Positions 14,199-25,570 of a stretch of DNA of 64,000 nt are shown piece by piece. The position numbers and the translations under genes were made by a program. The notes under the pieces are model-generated. The model ran no database searches, was not told the origin of the DNA, and was given only the letters and a program-made list of their open reading frames with translations. The stretch covers positions 13,960,698 to 14,024,697 of the forward strand of contig OZ037765.1 of the NCBI GenBank assembly GCA_964035545.1, written 5' to 3'. The stretch comes from Bugula neritina (Eukaryota; Animalia; Bryozoa). How positions within the stretch are numbered: position 1 is the stretch's first letter; the number at the start of each line of letters is the position of its first letter.

Positions 14199-14397
14199 TA
14201 TTTTACTGGTACTGAAAAGTCAGCTTTTCAGCCAAAATTGGCCAAAATTGGGCAGTTTTTTGTCTATAACTTTGCAAAAAAAGTGAAAATTGAAAATTCC
14301 AAAAAAGTTGCACTGAAGAAAAAGAAGATCTACAACATAGTTTTTAAATTTTGGCTCTAGCACAATTAGGGGAGATTTTATTTTACTGGTACTGAAA
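14199..14397 (+). repeat. Subterminal 19-bp direct repeat pair TATTTTACTGGTACTGAAA
   Basis: Exact copies at 14199-14217 and 14379-14397, 180 bp apart, near the right TIR. Confidence 0.7.
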
Positions 14398-14444
14398 TCT
14401 TATATGATTACAATGCAAACCTCAGTGAGGCAGTTGCAGCTAAA

Positions 14445-14467
14445 AGGTTGCCCTTAACTATCCTGTG
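14445..14467 (-). repeat. Right terminal inverted repeat (23 bp)
   Basis: AGGTTGCCCTTAACTATCCTGTG, the reverse complement of the left TIR with one mismatch. Confidence 0.9.
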
Positions 14468-17400
14468 ATGGCCTCTTATAACTGTTTGGACATAATGTGT
14501 AATTTGTTACCCAATACTTGAAAACTTTCAAGTGACTTACATAAATTGAATTACCATAGTCACTATACCCTGATTTTAGACACTTAACAATTCAATTATT
14601 GCTGACTGTTATTTAATAAACTCCAAAACACTGTTGCATGTATTTAAAGTTCAACCAATTTTCATCAACTGATGACTATACATGGACACTGAAATGGGAT
14701 TATGATGGTTAGTAGAAGTAATTGTAGAGCTGTTGATAGTCAATTGAATATAGTCATTATGTGCTGCAATGAAATGACATGTCATAAGCTCGATTTTATG
14801 TAATTAACTTATAGAAGCGCTGCTCTTGGGACTCACTAAAAGGCAAACACCGGTAATATCTAGAAATGAGATAAAGATTCTTCTAAGTAGCCAGTGCAAC
14901 TCGGAGTTCATGCTATACAACCTATAAACTACTTCCATTGATTTGATATCAATTGCTAAAACAGTCAGCTTTCCTGCTCACTTCATTTTCATTGCATATT
15001 TGATCAGTGTTGCGTTGATACAGACTAGCTCACCATTAAAATGTTCTACCTGGAGACAATTCATATGTTTAGGTAAGTTATGAAGATCTTGTTATTTCTG
15101 GAGGTGACAATAATGTCACTAACAAGTACTGCTTCTGCTGTGAGTGTTTTTACAACAGTGTTTCAAGGCTTACTAAATTAGTAAAAATATTTTTGTCCAA
15201 TATTTGACTTAATTTTTTGAAATTGGCCTCTCACCTGGGACCAGCCCTTGTCTGATGCAGCACCAGATAGTGTGTCAATTTAGAATAGCATAAAAAGGAT
15301 TTCCACAACTCGTGTTCGGCTGCTATAGCTGGCATACACAATGATTGTAATAGCTAATGCATATGATATTAGGACACTGTTATAGGTAAAGTAAAGCTTT
15401 TCGGAAGCCCGATACATAAAGTCTATTTTCTGGAGCTATCATCAGTGAGGTTTAAGAATTTTTGCTGGCAATAAATAAAAGAGTTGACAAGATTTAGCAA
15501 ATTTAAGTTTAAAAAATCTATTCAGGGAATTCTTAGATAGCGTCTTGCATAGTTGGCTGCAAGTAAAAACGGCTACGATGTTGGGAGGTAGTCACTGAAT
15601 GATTCAAAAAATGAAAATAGCCTGTGCTTATAGGCATGTGCAGGCATGTAGGTGTTTTAATTATAAACTAACCTGATGGTTGTTCCTTAAATTAAAACGA
15701 TCCACAATGATAAAAGATGTTTTAGCTGAGCTAGGATTCTTTTGAGGACTATCAAAGCAGCACAGGGGCAACTTTAACTAGACGGCCTTCTAAACATCAA
15801 CATTAACACTGCTGAGATTGAACTCTAGTCACTCCAGAGTGATATCCAACATTATACACACAAGATGTTGTAGTTACATTTATGTTTATATTCTAAACTT
15901 GTTTGTCCAAGCAAATTTATATTCATATTATTATTATAGAGGCCTATTGATGCACAAAACGCTAAGCCCTTGATTTGAGTAATTTTTTTAATTATTTTCA
16001 TTTTCAACTAGGTTATACTAATCATATGGAGATGAGAGTTTTGGGTTTTATAAATATTTACCAACCACAATTATTAGGCATGAAATCTCCCATTACCCAA
16101 TAAACTTAAAACATTATGTAGGTGGTTGAATGAGGCACTATAGATCAAATGAGCTTTTCAGAAATTAGTTGATAATACTGATGGCAATTAAAACATGTTG
16201 GTATCTTGAACCATAAGGACTGCTATACACACGCGCATATATTCGCACATTAATTCTACTCCAATTACTGCTTCACCTTTTAAAAATTAGGAGATCAATG
16301 AACTAGTGACTGAAACATTTTAACAGTTTTAAAATTATTATTACTGGGAGTTTAAATTTTGTGAGCTGTGATTAATTTTCAAGCATGTTTGTTTACCATG
16401 TATTAATCAATTTTGAGAAATAAATTAATTAAATTAGTTTTAGCTCCTGAGAGATATGTTAGCATGATGTAGCTTTAAAGTGTGACTCTTCTATCTTACT
16501 TTGTAGACAGTAATCTACAAAACTATAGACATAGCAAACAATAAATTGGATAGTTAAGATTAAGCAAGCTGCAGGCTAAAAATAACTGTAGAAGCATTTT
16601 AGGCTATTGCTTTAATTACTATTATCAATTTTACTATTGCACATTTCAACACAGTTTTATACATCGAACACAAGTTTTTACTGGTGCCATTCTCTAAATA
16701 TTTTACAAGCAGTACCCATTAAAATTTATATCTTGAGGTATTTATGAAATTAACAGTAACTTGAAAAAGGTTCAGTAGTTTAATGTAGAGTATGTGAGTC
16801 ACTGTTAATACAAATCGTATATGAAATTGATTATTTTATAAGTAACATGTAGCTGTCATTTGTTTGAATAATTCGGGCTAGATTATTTTATATTGCTGCC
16901 TATGCAAATATAAATTTATTCATTGGATTTCCTCTTATTGTCAACACCATTCTATACCAGAAAACCAAATATTATGCTTCACTAAGCAAAACAGATGAAT
17001 GCGAAATAACTTAAGTAGCTTAAAGTTTTATATTTCATTATAAATCAATGCATAACTGTTACACAATGGTTTTTGCTAGATTGGGTAAATGCACTGTTGT
17101 TAAAAGCTTACATACAAAGACACCTAGTCAGGGTCCCTTAACAGTCACACCTTGGGCCCTAAAATTAAACTGACAATTATATTTTGAATAGCTACTATTT
17201 GAGCAAATACTGTCAGATCTTCTCTGTTTCTTTGCACTGTATGACAATTATTTTTCTAATGTCACTGACATCCATGATAGGCTGCAGGTGTATTAGCAGA
17301 TGTCTCTGTCTATCATAATCACAATACTAATAATCGTTGCATGTGAAAGAGGTTTTGTTACTACTGCCTTATTTAGAAATTCCTAAATATTTCAACCAGA

Positions 17401-18661
17401 TACATTATTATTAATTTCAAAAGAATTATGGTATTGCAGGGCAAATAAACTAACAAGCTTACAAGCAAAAACATAACTATTATGACTTACCGTTTTTTTA
17501 ATAAAATATGACTAGAAGAAATAAAAGCAAGTATGATTTTAAAGTTAAAAGAATGTATAATTTATAGCATTATATCACTAAAGACGAATTTTACATCAAA
17601 CCCTGGAAATGCATTAAGAAGATATTTTTATTCTTTAAACTAATTTTACATTATTTTATGTTGTAAATTTATAAATTGTTTATATAATAAATATCTGAAA
17701 AACAAACTAACCAAAAATATGCCTTACCACCCGAGCTGTCTAATACAGAGCTAAAGCCTTTTAAAATATTTATGTAGAATTACTATGTCTCCCCACAGCA
17801 TTTCATCAACCTAATATATTAGATAGCTATCACCATTTATTGATTCGTATAGCAATAATTACATAAATGTACTTTCATTACAGTCATTAATGTCTGTTTA
17901 GCCACTATAGCGGGCTCATTAATGATTGCAGGTTATTGACAAGAAATAAGATGAACATTCTCTATAAGCAGTGCGGGTTTTTAATTATAGATAATTTATA
18001 ATCTTTGATTTCTATTTTTCACACTAAGTTTTACTGATTACACATACACTGTAGAAATGGAATGAATTATAAATCAAAAGACATAGCAAATTTAGTAAGA
18101 CGTAGCAATTCTTCGATTACTAATTTGTATGCACACTTTTTTCCAATTTGATAATAATAACATGTGTTATATTGATAAGTTTCCAACTATATTGCACATA
18201 CAGAATTATGCACATATAAAAATAAGAAGCAAAATCAAGTTTGTGCTCACTTAATTTTAATTCCATTATATTGTATTCAGATATATAATATATAATAATG
18301 TATATATCAAGATATATAGTATATTGTACTTACAATTAAATTCAACCAAGCAATTAGTTTACATACTTTCTGTGATTTGTCTTTTTAAAATTGTGTAGAA
18401 ATACTACTTGAATTTTTGATAAAGTTATTTTTTAAAACCAGCTGTGCATGCTTTTATATTAATTATAAACTTGTTTGGACAAATACTTTTGCATGATTAA
18501 ATCTAGCATCTAATTAGCATGTTGTTCGAATACAAGTCTTCAAAAAAAGTTTCAGTTTCAGTCCTCATACAGCATGGAGTAATGTATACTCTTAGCCTGT
18601 ATATGTCATCAGAGAACATACCATGTAATAACTTATATCCCACGATGTGTATTTGTAGCAA

Positions 18662-20260
18662 ATGATGGACTGCAATACAACAGTCTGGAGTGGCAACAGC
18701 ATAGCATGGAGTTCATGTGATAACATTTCTGAAGAATTATCCTCAGGGATTATTAGCAACATATCCTGTCTGTCTGCTGACTATGTTTACCCTAATCACC
18801 CTTACCCTCCCTGGGGCATTGCTCTTCTTGGTCTTATGGCTGGCATCACCAGTCTCATCACAACTGGAGGAAATATATTAGTAGTTTTAGCTTTCATACT
18901 AGAGAGGTCTTTGAGGCAGCCATCTAACTATCTTATTGCAAGTCTTGCAGTAACCGACATATTAATTGGTGTTTTTTCTATGCCGGGTTATTCTTTATAT
19001 TTGCTTAAAAAGTATTGGCCACTGGGACAAATCTTGTGTGATTTGTGGCTGTCGCTTGATTACACAGTGTGCTTGGTCTCCCAATACACTGTTTTTCTAA
19101 TAACTTTAGACAGGTTTTTTTCTGTAAAGGCACCAGCCAAATATCGAAACTGGAGATCTACAAAAAAAGTTAAAGTTTTCATAAGTGTAACATGGATGGT
19201 TCCAGCCTTTGTATTCTTTGTAACGATATTAGGTTGGAGAAAATTTACCGGTTCATTGCCACCTAGTGACTGTACTTGTGCAGCAGAATTTCAAACCAAT
19301 TCTCTCTTTACAGTTATACTAGTTATCTCATACTATTGGGTGACCCTAGTTATCATGATAGGGCTATATATTGGAATATATCGAGTTGCTTTACAGTTAC
19401 ATAATAGGTCCCAACAAAGTGAGAATCGATTTAGGAAAATGGAGCAAATGACCACCAACCACTGCCAGGGTATCGAGATGGCTCAATTTGTAGATGATGA
19501 TATGGATCCTATGCCTAATAACCTCGATGGTGGTTTGTCACACAAACACTTAGCAAAGGCTACTCCAAAGAGCCCTGATGAAGGTAGTGACTTTAGCATT
19601 GAGCCTTCGACATCAAGCGATAGCGGCTACAGTAAGAAGTGCCCTCAGCATGACACTCGCATTGGAACCCATCAAATAGTAAAAACTGCGAAATCGAGAA
19701 CTCACACGGACTCGCCCTTGTGGAAACCTCGAAATTCTCTTACAAGTGACACAATTGATTGGGATGCGTTTGAGAATGAAAATGACGACAGTTTTGACAC
19801 TCAAACAAACAGGGTTCCATCAACCCGAATATTAGAACCAGATGAACCAGTCGACGAAGAAATGCAGAGTGACTACACCTGCCAAAGAATTTTAAACAGA
19901 ATATCCAAGACATTGACTCGGCTTGGCAAACCCACATGGTGTTTAACTAACTGCACATCATTTAAAACAAATAGTTCTAAAACTAAATCTAAATTTGCAA
20001 ATAGAGCTCGAAAAGCTTTTAGAACCATTACTTTGATTTTAGGAGCATTTGTGATATGCTGGACTCCATATCATGTTGTAGTGATAGTTCATTCATTTTG
20101 CAGTTCATGTGTTAATTTGACATTCTACGAATTTACATATTGGCTTTGTTATATGAACTCTCCTCTCAATCCTTTTTGTTATGCTTTGGCTAATCAACAA
20201 TTTAAAGAAGCCTTTATAAAAATTATAAAAGGCAAGCATTTTAGAAGAAGAGCTCATTGA
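18662..20260 (+). CDS. mAChR-B: Muscarinic acetylcholine receptor, B-type (GAR-1/GAR-2-like), intronless class A GPCR, 532 aa
   Basis: 7 TM segments; WPLG..LCDLWLSLDYTVCLVSQYTVFLITLDRF (TM3 Asp, DRF); long third intracellular loop; CWTPYH in TM6; YWLCYMNSPLNPFCY in TM7. A tttgtag acceptor just before the ATG suggests a 5'UTR intron. Confidence 0.88.
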   Translation: MMDCNTTVWSGNSIAWSSCDNISEELSSGIISNISCLSADYVYPNHPYPPWGIALLGLMAGITSLITTGGNILVVLAFILERSLRQPSNYLIASLAVTDILIGVFSMPGYSLYLLKKYWPLGQILCDLWLSLDYTVCLVSQYTVFLITLDRFFSVKAPAKYRNWRSTKKVKVFISVTWMVPAFVFFVTILGWRKFTGSLPPSDCTCAAEFQTNSLFTVILVISYYWVTLVIMIGLYIGIYRVALQLHNRSQQSENRFRKMEQMTTNHCQGIEMAQFVDDDMDPMPNNLDGGLSHKHLAKATPKSPDEGSDFSIEPSTSSDSGYSKKCPQHDTRIGTHQIVKTAKSRTHTDSPLWKPRNSLTSDTIDWDAFENENDDSFDTQTNRVPSTRILEPDEPVDEEMQSDYTCQRILNRISKTLTRLGKPTWCLTNCTSFKTNSSKTKSKFANRARKAFRTITLILGAFVICWTPYHVVVIVHSFCSSCVNLTFYEFTYWLCYMNSPLNPFCYALANQQFKEAFIKIIKGKHFRRRAH

Positions 20261-20964
20261 AAGGCAGATGCCAGATTAAAATATGCTCTGTTTTTAAAGT
20301 GTGCTATATTATTGCATTTGTGACTCACTTTCTATCTTTGAAACAAATGTTTCACTTGCACGAGTGTTACAATTGTTTACATATATTTTGTCATAATAAA
20401 TTATACTATATACAAAACAGCACTAAGAAAATTTGTTAGGTGATGAGAGTCTTTACACCAATATTGCCCATGATCTACTGCCTTTCACTTTTTCATATTT
20501 GCGTAAAGTTTCCACAAGGTGGTTTGCTATTACAAGCTAGCATTACACTACATTAATTTGTAAGTTATGGCAGTGGCCCGCAAATTACTATAATATTCAC
20601 TATAACATTTACCATAACATTTACCATAATATTAACTATAACATTCACTATAAATTTTACTAGATTAATTATTGATCACTTTAACATCACAACCTTAATT
20701 GGTTGCCTAATATCCATAAAGAGAATGAATTTTTTTATAAAAGATACATTTATCATACATGACAATGTTGTTGAAAGAATATTCTTTGTAAAGGGCTGCA
20801 CAAAATATATAAGAAGTATAAATACTCCATAAAAACAATACAATATTTTGGTTTGCAAAATGATCCAATAAGTTTCCATCAACTGACTAGCAGCATGTGA
20901 AATAACATGGCTAGTCTGTTATTCCACACTGGATTAATATAATGCGCAGGATGCAATGCACGTG

Positions 20965-21076
<112 letters not shown>

Positions 21077-21130
21077 TTCTATAATTAAAAATGAATCAAA
21101 AGAACTCAATATTTCGAAAAATAGAGTATT

Positions 21131-21349
<219 letters not shown>

Positions 21350-21464
21350 GTATCGTGAGATTTTTAAAAACAGCGGATAAAAAAGTGCTCAAATTATTAT
21401 GTGTATAATAATGAGCAATTATATTATTGAGGAAAAGAGCAATTTAATTATATAGATGTTGTTT

Positions 21465-21515
21465 TATTGTACTACTAATAGTTTCATGCCTCTTTGGCAC
21501 TCCTCAGGCACAATA
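21465..21515 (-). ncRNA. Minimal type I hammerhead ribozyme motif (Penelope pseudo-LTR)
   Basis: Reverse complement is identical to 23672-23722. Confidence 0.8.
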
Positions 21516-22130
21516 TTGACAAATTTAAATTTTTACATTAAGAAAATCGAAATGCTAAACACAAGGTAAGACGTAACGAAGACATGACAGTGGCTGTATT
21601 GTTATATAGGTTTGTAGGTGTAAATTAATATATAAAAAAAAACAAAAAAAAAAACCATAATGTAATGTAAAAACATAATTTATAGCAGGTGCATGAAGTT
21701 TTTGTTGGGTGACTATTCTCTATGGGTATTTGTATATTATTTACTATAGTACTTAAAATATAAATAGGCTACAGAGTTTCTAGGTTTTGTGGTTGCACAG
21801 TAAGAATTTTTTTGAGTGTCGGCAGGTTGATAAGAGTTCATTTCGCTTGTTTAAAGTACACATGTTAGGTTTGTATAAAATAAAGAAACATTCCCATAGG
21901 CATAAATTACACCTTTTGGTAGTTGTGTTGTATGGTTTCGCTTTTCTTAATATTTTCCAGCTTATGTTGTGCTTAATGTTTTTGTTAGTTAGTTGCCAAA
22001 TGTGTTTGCTAAGTTCCACAATATATACTCTGTTATTCTACCACTATGTTACTGTATACCCTTATTTTATCGTGAATTCCATACAAGTCAACCTCAAAAC
22101 ACGGGTGTACCAAACTTTAGCTGCCTTTTA

Positions 22131-23413
22131 GATGAAAGAGAAATAATTATACATGCCAAAAATTCACTACTCTTCAACTCTGGAAATAAGGCATGGGGAA
22201 AACATAACCACAACCTCTTCGATGTTACAATGGGAGGATACGACGGCGCAGAAACATGCGAACTAGTTGGGGCGTACATTTTAAACTCAATAACACTAAA
22301 ACATGGCAAAAACTTCGGCCTGTACAGAGATGACGGCTTAGGAGTATCTGACAAAACACCCAGAGAAATAGAGAACATAAAAAAGGACATCTGCAAAATA
22401 TTTTCTGAAAATGGATAAAAATAACAATCGAAGCAAATAAAAAAATTATTAACTTCTTAGACACCACACTCAACCTAAACAATAAAACCTACACACCATA
22501 CGCTAAGCCAAACAGTTCTACTAAATATATTCATAACAAATCCAACCACCCAGCAAGCATAATCTCCAACCTACCTTCGTCCGTTAATAAACGACTGTCG
22601 TCAATATCATCTAACGAGAAAATTTTCACACAATCCACCTACAACCACCAAAGCCTCCTAAACCAAAGTGGCTACAAACACCAACTACAATTCCTACCAA
22701 GAACCCAAACAAACAACACACAACAGAAATCTCGAAACCGAAAAAGAAAAGTTGTTTGGTACAATCCACCATACAGCCAACATGTAACCACAAGAATTGC
22801 AAAAATCTTCTTTAAAATCATGAATGAGGAATTTCCAAAACAACACCCACTCTATAAAATAATCAACAAAAACACTATAAAGGTTAGCTACAGCTGCATG
22901 CCAAACATAAAACAGACCATAAATGCCCACAATAACAGACTATTAGAGAAACAGAAGCAACAAAACAAAACCCCCAGAAAAAACTGCAACTGTAGAGAAA
23001 AAGAAAGTTGTCCACTGAAAGGAAACTGTCAGGAGAGCAGAGTTATATACCAAGCAACTGTGGAAACTACCGAAAACGAGCCTGCAACATACATTGGCCT
23101 AAGTGAAGGACCGTTCAAACTAAGATACGCAAACCACAGATCATCATTTAAAAACAAGGAGAAAGCAAATCAAAGAGAACTTAGCAAACACATTTGGCAA
23201 CTAACTAACAAAAACATTAAGCACAACATAAGCTGGAAAATATTAAGAAAAGCGAAACCATACAACACAACTACCAAAAGGTGTAATTTATGCCTATGGG
23301 AATGTTTCTTTATTTTATACAAACCTAACATGTGTACTTTAAACAAGCGAAATGAACTCTTATCAACCTGCCGACACTCAAAAAAATTCTTACTGTGCAA
23401 CCACAAAACCTAG
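22131..23413 (+). pseudogene. Penelope RT + GIY-YIG ORF, 5'-truncated, one frameshift near 22415
   Basis: [15 protein letters not shown]...KIFSENG continues in another frame as KITIEANKKIINFLDTTLNL...VWYNPPYS...MNEEFPKQHPL...KFLLCNHKT*. Confidence 0.85.
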
Positions 23414-23671
23414 AAACTCTGTAGCCTATTTATATTTTAAGTACTATAGTAAATAATATACAAATACCCATAGAGAATAGTCACCCAACAAAAACTTCAT
23501 GCACCTGCTATAAATTATGTTTTTACATTACATTATAGTTTTTTTTTTTTTTTATATATTAATTTACACCTACAAACCTATATAACAATACAGCCACTGT
23601 CATGTCTTTGTTACGTCTTACCTTGTGTTTAGCATTTCGATTTTCTTAATGTAAAAATTTAAATTCGTCAA

Positions 23672-23722
23672 TATTGTGCCTGAGGAGTGCCAAAGAGGCA
23701 TGAAACTATTAGTAGTACAATA
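23672..23722 (+). ncRNA. Minimal type I hammerhead ribozyme motif (Penelope pseudo-LTR)
   Basis: tattgtgc-CTGAGGA-gtgcc(aaaga)ggcat-GAA-ACTA(T)TAGT-A^-gtacaata: stem I, CUGANGA, stem II, GAAA, short stem III, and a GUA cleavage triplet ending at 23714. Confidence 0.82.
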
Positions 23723-23757
23723 AAACAACATCTATATAATTAAATTGCTCTTTTCCT

Positions 23758-23804
<47 letters not shown>

Positions 23805-23821
23805 TTATATATATATATATA

Positions 23822-24496
23822 TTATTATTAAGAAACAGAGTAATTTAATTAGATATTATTTTATTGCGCTACTATTAGTTTCATGCCTCTTTACCACTTC
23901 TCAGGTAAAATATTGAATTCAAATTTTTACATTAAGGAAATAAACATGCTAAATACAACGTAAAACATAATGCAAACATAATAGTGGCTTTGGTGTTATA
24001 AGTTTGTAGATATTTTTAAATATATAAAAAACATAATGTAAACACACCATTTATAGCAAATATAGTTTATGTTGGGTGTCTATACTTTGTAGGTATTTGT
24101 ATATTATTTACTATAGTACATAAAATATAAATCACAGAGTCTCTAGGTTTTATGGTTGCACAGTAAGAATTTTTTTCAGTGTCTGTAGGTTAATAAAAGT
24201 CTGTTCGCTTGTTTAAAATACACATGGTAGGTTTGTATAAAATAAAAAATATTCCCATTGGCATAAATTACACCTTTTGGTAATTGTATATTGCATGGTT
24301 TCACTTTTTTTTAATATTTTCCAACTTATATTGTGTTTATTGTTTTTGTTAGTTAGTTGCCCAATGTATTTGCTAAGTTATGTTTGATTTGCTTTCTCCT
24401 TGTTTTTAAATTATGATTTGTGATTTGCCTATCTTAGTTTGAACGGTCCTTCACTCTGGCCAATGCTACGTTGCAGGCTCGTTTTTTGGTAGTTTC
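23822..24496 (-). mobile_element. Older, diverged Penelope 3' fragment (GIY-YIG C-terminus + pseudo-LTR), tail-to-tail with the young copy
   Basis: Collinear with the reverse complement of ~23063-23765, with many substitutions and small indels. Separated from the young copy by a TA-rich run (~23763-23821). Confidence 0.85.
23862..23912 (-). ncRNA. Degenerate hammerhead ribozyme motif
   Basis: Homologous to 23672-23722, but the core reads CTGAGAA and stems I/II are disrupted. Confidence 0.55.
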
Positions 24497-25204
24497 TGCC
24501 AAAAATATATACACGCACGCACGCACACATGCACATGTATATATGTGGACAGCAGCTGTTTCGGAATTTGTTCCCTTATCAGAATAAAAGAGAGTACCAT
24601 AGCTCACACCATTGCAATAAGAGAAATTGGCGTTTCTGCCAAAGATTATTTAAAAGGTGTGTAAACTCAAGCCGTATTATGCAGAGAGCTCAAGTGACTA
24701 TATTTATATTATTATGCACATATTCATTTACGAGTTATCCCCTTTTCTGCGATCTGTAAGCTAGAAAAATTAATCTATAAATTAATTTTAGTGAAACTAG
24801 GCAAAGATAATCATATTTCATGATGACTTTGACAATGATCTTGCGCTAAGGATAACTTTTGTTACCCACAATGCTCAATTTCCGCAAATAATGTAACGTG
24901 AGACAAACCCTAATAATTATAAATAATTATCAAGTTCATTTTATGGTAGTAGCTTACCACTTACATTTGCTGTGAGAACAATTTCCAAACTCGTGTGGCC
25001 ACACACAATAACTGGATTAGGGATGCTGCGATAGTTCTGTAGTTCTGTTTAATAATTGATCCGAAGTCATAGACATAAGGTGAGTGACACTGAGTCTGAC
25101 TCTGACAGTCACACTCACACTGACACAGTCACAGTGAGTGTGACCGTGGCTGTGAAGTCATGAAGTGTGATGTAATTTCAATTCGAATTTGTAAACCCTA
25201 ACTC

Positions 25205-25570
25205 TAAATCTAATACTAATACTAATAGTAATACTATTAGTATTACTGTATTAGTATTACTATTAGTATTAGTATTACTATTATAATTATTAAGTGTTAC
25301 TTTATTACTAGTAATTGTAGTACAATACTAGTGCTATTACTATTACTATTACTGAGTATTAGTATTACTAATAGCACTAGTATTGTAGTACTATTAGTAT
25401 TACTACTACTAGTAGTAGTTAAGTAACACTTACTTGTTAGTTAATAACTAATAAGTATAACTAAAAGTAGTTGTTTAGTGCTAGTAGTACTAACTGTACA
25501 TGTGATACTAATAGTAATACGAAGAGTAAGTCTAATAGTAATACTAATAGTAATAGTAATAACTAATATC
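25205..25570. repeat. Low-complexity TAATAC/TAGTAA-type hexamer tract with internal strand switches
   Basis: Repeated actaat/agtaat/attagt units; similar tracts at ~12770-12900 and ~46150-46330. Confidence 0.7.

Larger units (their letters stand above)
3441..14467 (+). mobile_element. Large cut-and-paste DNA transposon with CAC...GTG termini (CMC/Transib-RAG1-related DDE class), 11,027 bp
   Basis: Left end CACAGGATAGTTAAGGGCATCCT (3441-3463) matches the reverse complement of the right end (14445-14467, CACAGGATAGTTAAGGGCAACCT) at 22/23. Flanked by AT (3439-3440) and AT (14468-14469). Encloses a spliced DDE transposase gene. Confidence 0.85.
21421..23765 (+). mobile_element. Penelope-like retroelement (GIY-YIG type), 5'-truncated, with an inverted copy of its 3' end (inverted pseudo-LTR)
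   Basis: 21421-22016 is the near-identical reverse complement of 23177-23765. The forward part encodes RT motifs ([31 protein letters not shown]) and a GIY-YIG endonuclease (VIYQA...TYIGLSE, CNC, CNLC). It ends in (TA)n. Confidence 0.92.

Noticed and set aside
13980-14360. 126-aa ORF near the right TIR
   Set aside because: GTG start, Lys/Phe-biased translation of AT-rich subterminal DNA, and no domain recognised.
3451-14457. Kolobok/piggyBac interpretation (TTAA followed by GGG at both ends)
   Set aside because: The inverted match extends 10 bp outside the TTAA to CAC, so TTAA is internal to the TIR and not a target duplication.
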